Assembly (NCBI GenBank): GCA_963809485.1
Contig: CAWEJX010000016.1
Coordinates: 64,001-128,000, forward strand
Direction: 5' to 3'
Length of the DNA: 64,000 nt
Source: an uncultured Acidobacteriota bacterium
GTDB taxonomy: Bacteria; Acidobacteriota; UBA6911
Shown in pieces: positions 58,231 through 64,000 of the stretch. The position numbers and the translations under genes are program-made. The stretch's first letter is position 1. Each line of letters opens with the position of its first letter. The notes beneath the pieces were generated by a model that ran no database searches, was not told the origin of the DNA, and saw only the letters and a program-made list of their open reading frames with translations.

Positions 58231-58665
58231 ATGGCGACATCAAAGTTTGCAAAATACGTCCGGAAAGGGGTGATGACCAACCCGACTCCGCATCCCGAGG
58301 TTTCGGCGCCGCGTCTGGGACTAAAGAGCGGAGAAGGTTTCGGCAACGTCCCGTTCTCGATGAGTTGGTGGGCTATCACCGAACCTTTTGTAATGGTGAC
58401 GGATTGTCACAAACACGATTTTGACCAGTTCATCATATTCGCCGGAGGGGACATCACCAATATGCCCAGTATAGGCGGTGTGGTGGAGTTTGGCTTGAGT
58501 GAAGACGGCAAGGACATAGAGACTCAGGTCATCACGGAAGCCACGATGATTTTCCTCCCTGCCGGCATGTTTCACGGACCGCTGAATTTCAAGAAGATCA
58601 ATGATCCTAAAAAGCCCATCCTGTTCCACGATCTCTTCTTCTCGCCCGAATACAAGCGGGTATAG
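58231..58665 (+). CDS. Cupin-like hypothetical protein
   Basis: HKHDFDQ..PAGMFHGP; SD AGGAGG. Confidence 0.7.
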   Translation: MATSKFAKYVRKGVMTNPTPHPEVSAPRLGLKSGEGFGNVPFSMSWWAITEPFVMVTDCHKHDFDQFIIFAGGDITNMPSIGGVVEFGLSEDGKDIETQVITEATMIFLPAGMFHGPLNFKKINDPKKPILFHDLFFSPEYKRV

Positions 58666-58728
58666 AATTTGCGCGAGCCGCAATGCTTCGGGCTGCAGGG
58701 AGCTTGAACCGCTGAACCGCTGCAAACA

Positions 58729-58834
58729 ACGGATGCGGTGACAGATCAGGGCCGCTGACGAACGCCGGCGGGCGCTTTAGGACCAGCGTTCGTCAGGGCT
58801 TTGATCCGTGCATCCCAGCACCCCCGGATCCGTC
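58729..58834. repeat. Imperfect long hairpin (ACGGAT/ATCCGT; CTGACGAACGC/GCGTTCGTCAG)
   Basis: Inverted repeats between convergent genes. Confidence 0.5.
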
Positions 58835-58921
58835 AAAAATCCCCAATCGCCGGCCCCGGCGGGTCCTCTGCAACCCCGGGGGTAGCCGTTGTTGCGGTGG
58901 ACACCGAACCCGCTCAACCGT

Positions 58922-59120
58922 TCACGGCTTTTGGTTTACGCCATGGTCCATGAACTCTGCCCAGAATCCATCCGGGTTGGCCATAAAAAATGACCGGGTC
59001 GCCGGACCGATGAATACCGGACCTCCGGTTGCGCTCAGGGTATGCAGGCCGGCCTCCTTCATGCGCGGCATAACGATATCCACATCCCTGGACATGAACA
59101 AAATGTTCGTGGTTCCTTTA
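58922..59120 (-). pseudogene. C-terminal fragment of a VOC-family gene
   Basis: RDVD..RMKEAG..RSFFMANPDGFWAEF with no N-terminal half. Confidence 0.55.
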
Positions 59121-59129
59121 TAGAAATTC

Positions 59130-60770
59130 CTATCCTTCTCCAGCGATGCTTTTTCCAACCAGATACCCGAAGGTAACGCAGTTGGCCCCCAGGTTCTGGC
59201 CGGGCTCCAGGAATGTGTAGATGTTGGCATACATGTCGCCGACGATGGTACCGACAGCGTACAAGCCTGGAATCACTTGCTCGTTTTTATCGAGCACCTG
59301 CATTTTGAGGTTCGTGCGCAGCCCGCCTGAAATAAAAAGCAGCCACGGCAATTTGCTCGACGCCCCATAAAATGGAGGCGTGTCGACAGGAATGAGCAGA
59401 TCCTTTCTTTTGTAGTATTCGGTGTCGATCCCCGTCCTGCAGAAGCCATTGTACTTTTCGACGGTCGCCTTCAGCGGGGCAGCCGGCAAACCCAGCTTCC
59501 CGGCGAGTGCGTCGAGGGTGTCGGCCTTTACCATCGTGCCCGACTTCACATTCGTTTCCCATTCCTCGATAACCGTCTGGATGGGGATTTGAGGAGGACC
59601 GCCGTAGTAGCTTCCGAAAGGAGTCCAGGGAGCGGCTCGTTCGGCATACGCGCGATCCCAGAGGGCGAATATTGTTGTATCGGGCTGCTGCATCTGCGCG
59701 ATCCCGGCAAAGGGCCCCAGCCTGTCCTCGTTGCCGTATCGAACGGCGTTCCTGTTCACGAGCAAACCTGTAAAGGCTCGATAGGGCTGCGTTTCGGGGC
59801 CAACCTGTGCCAATACGTTCGGCGCATTGGGTACTGTCTTCTGCCACGCCGCGCCCACCCATAAAGCCATCTTGTGCCCGTCGCCCTTATAAACGCCTCC
59901 GCCTCCCTTCACCAAAGGCAGCACCCAGGGGCAGTATTTCTCTACCATCTCCTCGTCCGTGAAGTCTCCGGTGGCGAGGACGACGGCTTTTGTGCCGATG
60001 TATTTCGTGTAAGTTCCTCCGGGTGTTTTTGCAATGACGGCGCTCACCCGCCCGGTGTTGTTGTCTTCGCGTACGAGCTGCACGGCGGTTGTGCTGTAAT
60101 GGATTTTCACTCCCCGATCCTGGGCGGTTTTGGCCAGGGTGTTCACGACAAGCTGCTGGCCGCGGCCCGCGGCTTTGATATCGCCCCCGAGCCAAGAGTG
60201 CGAACCCGGATACATCGTCATGGGGCCCTCCGGGTCAGTGTTGCCCAGCTCGATGACAGTCTGATAGCCCGTCGCCTCCATTTTGTCTATCAGCCAGTCC
60301 ATGGCCTCGCCACTCCTGTTGGCCCAGAGCAGCCATTTGTCCTGGTCAACCCTGAATGAGTGGCATTTCATTTCTTCTTTGAATTCCCTGCCCACGTCGG
60401 ATTTGATCCCCAGTTTGCGGGTTGCTTTTGTATTGAAGGCGTGGTTGGATCCGCCACGCGCTACAGGGGCTGAACTGGCGGCGATAACCACAACTTTGGC
60501 CCCGCCTTCAACCGCGGCATTGGCACAAACCAAACCTGAGGTCCCCGCACCGATTACCACAATCTCGGCAGTAATGGTTTCTTTGATATCGCCGGCGGGT
60601 ATCGGCGGTGGGGGGACTTCAAAAGAATATGTCCTGGACTGAGCTGCCGGCGAAGCAGCGGGGCTTGTGCCAATCCATGGGCTGCCCGCCGCGGCAACCA
60701 TACCCGCGCCTGCCGTTGCGTTTTTCACAAACCTTCTGCGAGTCATCCCTCTTCCGGTTTTATTTGGCAT
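59130..60770 (-). CDS. Tat-exported FAD-binding oxidoreductase (flavocytochrome c/fumarate reductase flavoprotein-like)
   Basis: TRRRFVK Tat motif, GAGTSG, VLATGDF, GDG, IPGLYAVG. Confidence 0.85.
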   Translation of the reverse strand: MPNKTGRGMTRRRFVKNATAGAGMVAAAGSPWIGTSPAASPAAQSRTYSFEVPPPPIPAGDIKETITAEIVVIGAGTSGLVCANAAVEGGAKVVVIAASSAPVARGGSNHAFNTKATRKLGIKSDVGREFKEEMKCHSFRVDQDKWLLWANRSGEAMDWLIDKMEATGYQTVIELGNTDPEGPMTMYPGSHSWLGGDIKAAGRGQQLVVNTLAKTAQDRGVKIHYSTTAVQLVREDNNTGRVSAVIAKTPGGTYTKYIGTKAVVLATGDFTDEEMVEKYCPWVLPLVKGGGGVYKGDGHKMALWVGAAWQKTVPNAPNVLAQVGPETQPYRAFTGLLVNRNAVRYGNEDRLGPFAGIAQMQQPDTTIFALWDRAYAERAAPWTPFGSYYGGPPQIPIQTVIEEWETNVKSGTMVKADTLDALAGKLGLPAAPLKATVEKYNGFCRTGIDTEYYKRKDLLIPVDTPPFYGASSKLPWLLFISGGLRTNLKMQVLDKNEQVIPGLYAVGTIVGDMYANIYTFLEPGQNLGANCVTFGYLVGKSIAGEG

Positions 60771-60929
60771 ATATCCTCTCAACTGGGATATTGGTAATTG
60801 TTTGGAAAGAAACGCTGCAACACAAACACATTACCTACGGTCCTATATTGGCTAGGAACCTATCAGCCGCTCCAGGAACTGTCGATAGCAAACATAGTTC
60901 TCGAAAGGCATATCCTTGCGCACTCGGGC

Positions 60930-61169
60930 ATCATTGCCACCAGATTTTTCCCAATATCGTGCGGGTCGCCCTGAACCGTCCCGATGACTACGCAGCCCTG
61001 AGGCCGAATCTCCGCGTTCTCCAGATGTGGGCGAAGTGCGGACAGCCCCGCCTTCATGGCGTGGCCGGCCATCAGTATTTCGGGAACGAAGAAAGTCCCC
61101 TGCGCATACAGCCGGCCCACCTCGTCCATAGCCGCTATGAGGCCGTTGGGGAGAATGTCCCGGGCATCC
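60930..61169 (-). pseudogene. Internal fragment of a corrinoid-protein gene
   Basis: GLIAAMDEVG..FVPE..GTVQGDPHDIGKNLVAMM, truncated at both ends; abuts A7. Confidence 0.8.
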
Positions 61170-61387
61170 GCGGCACTGTGGCAAGCGCCGTGCGGCAAGG
61201 AGATGAAGGGTATGAGAAACCGGGCGTTTGCCACAGTGCCGCCGCAGAAAACTCCATCGGAAGCGCCTCATCGGCTTTTGCTCGCCGAACAAATCGGTGA
61301 TCAGCGCTTTTATCAGCGTTTCAAAATACGGAGCTGTCAAACTCTTTGAGTCCCCCGGCAGAGCTGGGGATTTACCAATGTAATTAT
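61170..61387 (-). mobile_element. Family A element, copy A7 (truncated inside the inner stem)
   Basis: Starts at GCGGCACTGTGGCAA, loop identical to A1, ends CCCCCGGCAGAGCTGGGG-ATTTACCAATGTAATTA. Confidence 0.8.
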
Positions 61388-61412
61388 ATCAGATGAAGTA
61401 GTAGCGATTCAT

Positions 61413-63152
61413 TTAAGAGGTGCCGGAGAGAAGCGCTGCTCTAAGTTTCCCCGTTTCCATCGCATCGATTTCGAAGGTATCGGGATTGATGGCGACACCA
61501 TACTCCAGCCTGGCATTCTCTATGGAAACATACCCATCGATGACATCTTCAAGGACTCTTTCCGGATTCCTTTGTGCCGGATTGTCGTACCCGCCTCCGC
61601 CTCCGGCCGTTACCGTCACCCTGTCGCCTTCGGCTAATTGCACGCCGGATGTTTTCATGACCTCGAAGGTCCCCTGCTCTTTGGATTCAATCAGCGCAAA
61701 GTTCCTCAAACCCGCCTTCCCGCCGTCCATGCCCCAATGCGGGCTTTTCCCTTTTTCGATAAAACCATAGAACGTCGCCGGGGCGAGCAGCCGGAGGCGG
61801 ATCCTGGACGCCAGTCCTCCTCTTTGCCTGCCGGCGCCTCCACTGTCCGGGATCAGTTCGACTTTTTCCACAAACATGGGGAACGCCGATTCCAGCACTT
61901 CACTGGGTATATTCTGGCTGGCTCCTGCGGACTGGAACATGCTGTAGCTGTCGCCGTCCGCAGTACAGCTCGCTCCCTGACCGATAATGCTGGGCGTGAT
62001 TGTGCCCCAGTATTTTCCGGTTTCGGGATCCTGCCCGAAAAAGCCTTCGCCGACCACATCCCCTCCGGAGCATGCAGGGATTCTGTCCGGCAGCACTTTG
62101 CTGAGTGCCCGGTTCACGAGTTCCAGAATTGTCTGCGCCACGTTTGCGCACAGGAAGGAAGGGACTTCGGGTCCGGCGTTGTAGACACAGCCGCGCGGGG
62201 CGATCACCTCGATCGGCCGGTTGAAACCCTCGTTTGCCGGCATATCCGGATTCGTCAGCGCCTTGACTGCGGCCCTTGCGGCGGAAAGCGTCGTCACCCA
62301 AAGGCCGTTCGTGGGCCCCTGCTGCTGGGGATCCGATCCGGAGAGATCGATGGTAATGCTGCTGCCGCGGATGGTCACAGCAACCTTGGTGAGGATGGGC
62401 TTTTCAAGATCGAGACCATTGCTGTCTATGGAATCCTCGGCGGTCCATGTTCCGTCGGGGATCGCTTCCAGGGCAAGCCGGGTAACGCGTTCGCTGTAGT
62501 CGTACATTTCACGGACCACGGCTTTCACCGTGTCAAATCCGTACTTGTTCAACAGCTCGACGACATGGTTTTCGGCAAAGCGGCATCCGGCGATTTGAGC
62601 CTGCATGTCTCCCCAGACCTGCTCCGGGGCTCTCGAGTTCCATCGGATGATGTCCCATACCTCGGATTGCAGGTTCCCGTTCCTATAGAGTTTCAGGGGC
62701 GGCACACGCAGACCCTCTTCGAATATGTTTGTGGCATCGGAAGGGTAGGTGCCTTTCGCGCCCAGGTCTATCCAGTGAGCCTTGGTCGCAGCGTATCCGA
62801 ATATTTTGCCATCGAAAAAAATCGGCGAGAAAAGCACGGCGTCGGAAGTGTGCGAGCCGGTGATTTCCGGCACGGTCGAAACAATCACATCTCCAGGCTC
62901 GACCTTCCCGCTGCCGAGGTAATCGAGGCAGTTGCGAACGCCGGGCCCAAGGCTGCCCAGGAACAGGAGCATCCCGTGCGACTGGGCGATCACTCCCGCC
63001 TCGGCGTCAAGGATTGCGAACGAGCAGTCCATGATCTCATACATGAATGTTGTCACCCCGGTCCGGAACGCCGTCTCCTGCATCCCGTTGGCAATGGAAA
63101 TCAGGTTGTTTCGGACTACCGCCAGCGTTATCGGGTCAACCTTATTGACCAT
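61413..63152 (-). CDS. Hydantoinase B/oxoprolinase family protein
   Basis: DPITL, DCSFA, HTSD, HWIDLG, EEGL, DSGGAG, GGGGY. Confidence 0.92.
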   Translation of the reverse strand: MVNKVDPITLAVVRNNLISIANGMQETAFRTGVTTFMYEIMDCSFAILDAEAGVIAQSHGMLLFLGSLGPGVRNCLDYLGSGKVEPGDVIVSTVPEITGSHTSDAVLFSPIFFDGKIFGYAATKAHWIDLGAKGTYPSDATNIFEEGLRVPPLKLYRNGNLQSEVWDIIRWNSRAPEQVWGDMQAQIAGCRFAENHVVELLNKYGFDTVKAVVREMYDYSERVTRLALEAIPDGTWTAEDSIDSNGLDLEKPILTKVAVTIRGSSITIDLSGSDPQQQGPTNGLWVTTLSAARAAVKALTNPDMPANEGFNRPIEVIAPRGCVYNAGPEVPSFLCANVAQTILELVNRALSKVLPDRIPACSGGDVVGEGFFGQDPETGKYWGTITPSIIGQGASCTADGDSYSMFQSAGASQNIPSEVLESAFPMFVEKVELIPDSGGAGRQRGGLASRIRLRLLAPATFYGFIEKGKSPHWGMDGGKAGLRNFALIESKEQGTFEVMKTSGVQLAEGDRVTVTAGGGGGYDNPAQRNPERVLEDVIDGYVSIENARLEYGVAINPDTFEIDAMETGKLRAALLSGTS

Positions 63153-63176
63153 TGGCTTTCCCTTCCGTCCAGTCAT

Positions 63177-63332
63177 GCCTCAAAGCGGTTGGATGAGTTC
63201 CTTCGGCTTTGGCCGCTGGCCTTTCACCTTGAAGATCAGCGTTCGTCGGCGGTTTTGTCGGTGTTCGTCGGCGTTACCTGATCCTGGAGTAGTTTAACTC
63301 TGTAAATCATCAGCAAAGCTGGAGGCTTGCCT
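63177..63332 (-). mobile_element. Highly degenerate family A-like copy between hydantoinase genes
   Basis: CTCAAAGCGGTTGGATGAGTT, TCAGCGT/TCGGCGT repeats, GATCCTGGAG, CAGCAAAGCTGGAGGCTT. Confidence 0.5.
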
Positions 63333-63340
63333 CTACCTTT

Positions 63341-63397
63341 GCCCCGGGTTGCAGGTTGCGTCTTTTGACCTGCGGCCCGGGACCTGCAGCCCGGGGC
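63341..63397. repeat. Hairpin with ~7-mer units (GGTTGCA/ACCTGCA)
   Basis: GCCCCGGGTTGCAGGT..ACCTGCAGCCCGGGGC. Confidence 0.6.
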
Positions 63398-64000
63398 TAA
63401 ATATCAATGATCAGGTTCAGAAACGCATCGACCCTTATCTTCTGGCCCGGCCAGACAACAGTTGTGTGATGCGGCTCCTCGACGATAACCGGGCCGTCCA
63501 AAGCATTCCCCGCTAGAAGACGGCTGCGCTCCAGGACTCTCCATGGAGTGAACCTTCCCTCAAAATACACATCTCTATCCGGCTTGAATGCATCCTCAGA
63601 AATCGCGGGGATTTCAGGATACGGTTTCAATGGCGCCTTTACAATTTTACCGATTGCCCTGGCTCTGGCATTAATGGTTTTGGGTGCGCGATCCATCCGA
63701 TGGCCGTAACGAACCTGGTGCAGATCGTGAAACCGGCCCGTAATTTCGGCTTTCGAGCTTTCTTCCAGATTGCCTTCCGGCACGGGCACTTCAACATAGT
63801 GGCCCTGTCCTTCATAACACATGTCGAGCGAGCGGTGGTATTCGATCGCGTCGTCAGGGATACCTTCCTTTCTCAGCATTTCCAGGCCACGATTTTCCAT
63901 CTGTTGATATATGTCGTTCAATTCCCTGACATCGAGCACGGCCATCGACCGGGCATGTGTTTGGGCATAAGTATGAACGATGTCCATGGAAAGCATTCCC
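63397..64000 (-). CDS. Hydantoinase A/oxoprolinase family protein, C-terminal part (runs off window)
   Basis: LDMCYEGQ, FHDLH..YG, GPVIVEE..TTVVWPG. Confidence 0.88.
   Translation of the reverse strand, partial: GMLSMDIVHTYAQTHARSMAVLDVRELNDIYQQMENRGLEMLRKEGIPDDAIEYHRSLDMCYEGQGHYVEVPVPEGNLEESSKAEITGRFHDLHQVRYGHRMDRAPKTINARARAIGKIVKAPLKPYPEIPAISEDAFKPDRDVYFEGRFTPWRVLERSRLLAGNALDGPVIVEEPHHTTVVWPGQKIRVDAFLNLIIDI

Noticed and set aside
2562-61387. CRISPR array interpretation of the repeats
   Set aside because: Copies are dispersed kilobases apart, with no regular repeat-spacer period and no cas genes.

Overview
A GC-rich bacterial chromosome segment. The gene set (TonB-ExbB-ExbD-ExbD-TPR operon, short PheT, bshB1/bshC, corrinoid genes) suggests an anaerobic or facultative Acidobacteriota member; this is an inference. 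Positions 1-51.4 kb are mostly housekeeping: heptose/LPS genes (heptosyltransferase frameshifted), rnpB, recA, rpmB, relA/spoT, secDF-yajC-tgt, uvrA, 6S RNA, ymdB, zapAB, pheST, rplT-rpmI-infC-thrS, tRNA-Val, ruvX, mltG, ABC exporters, tsaE, nnr, TolC and a prepilin peptidase. Positions 51.6-64 kb are accessory metabolism: a desulforedoxin-like mini-protein, CoA-transferase, crotonases, a corrinoid/UroD-family methyltransferase pair, a Tat flavoprotein, hydantoinase A/B and gene relics. The most unusual signal is intergenic. (i) Two families of transposase-less elements have IS200/IS605-like hairpin ends. Family A occurs as full, empty, truncated and 45-bp collapsed forms, all in one orientation. 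It carries a nested double palindrome whose 43-nt loop is inverted in one copy. (ii) About ten spacers hold tandem ~7-mer repeats, most followed by their reverse complement and with several different units, including a perfect (TTAGGGA)7 tract. No CRISPR array, prophage or transposase gene was seen.
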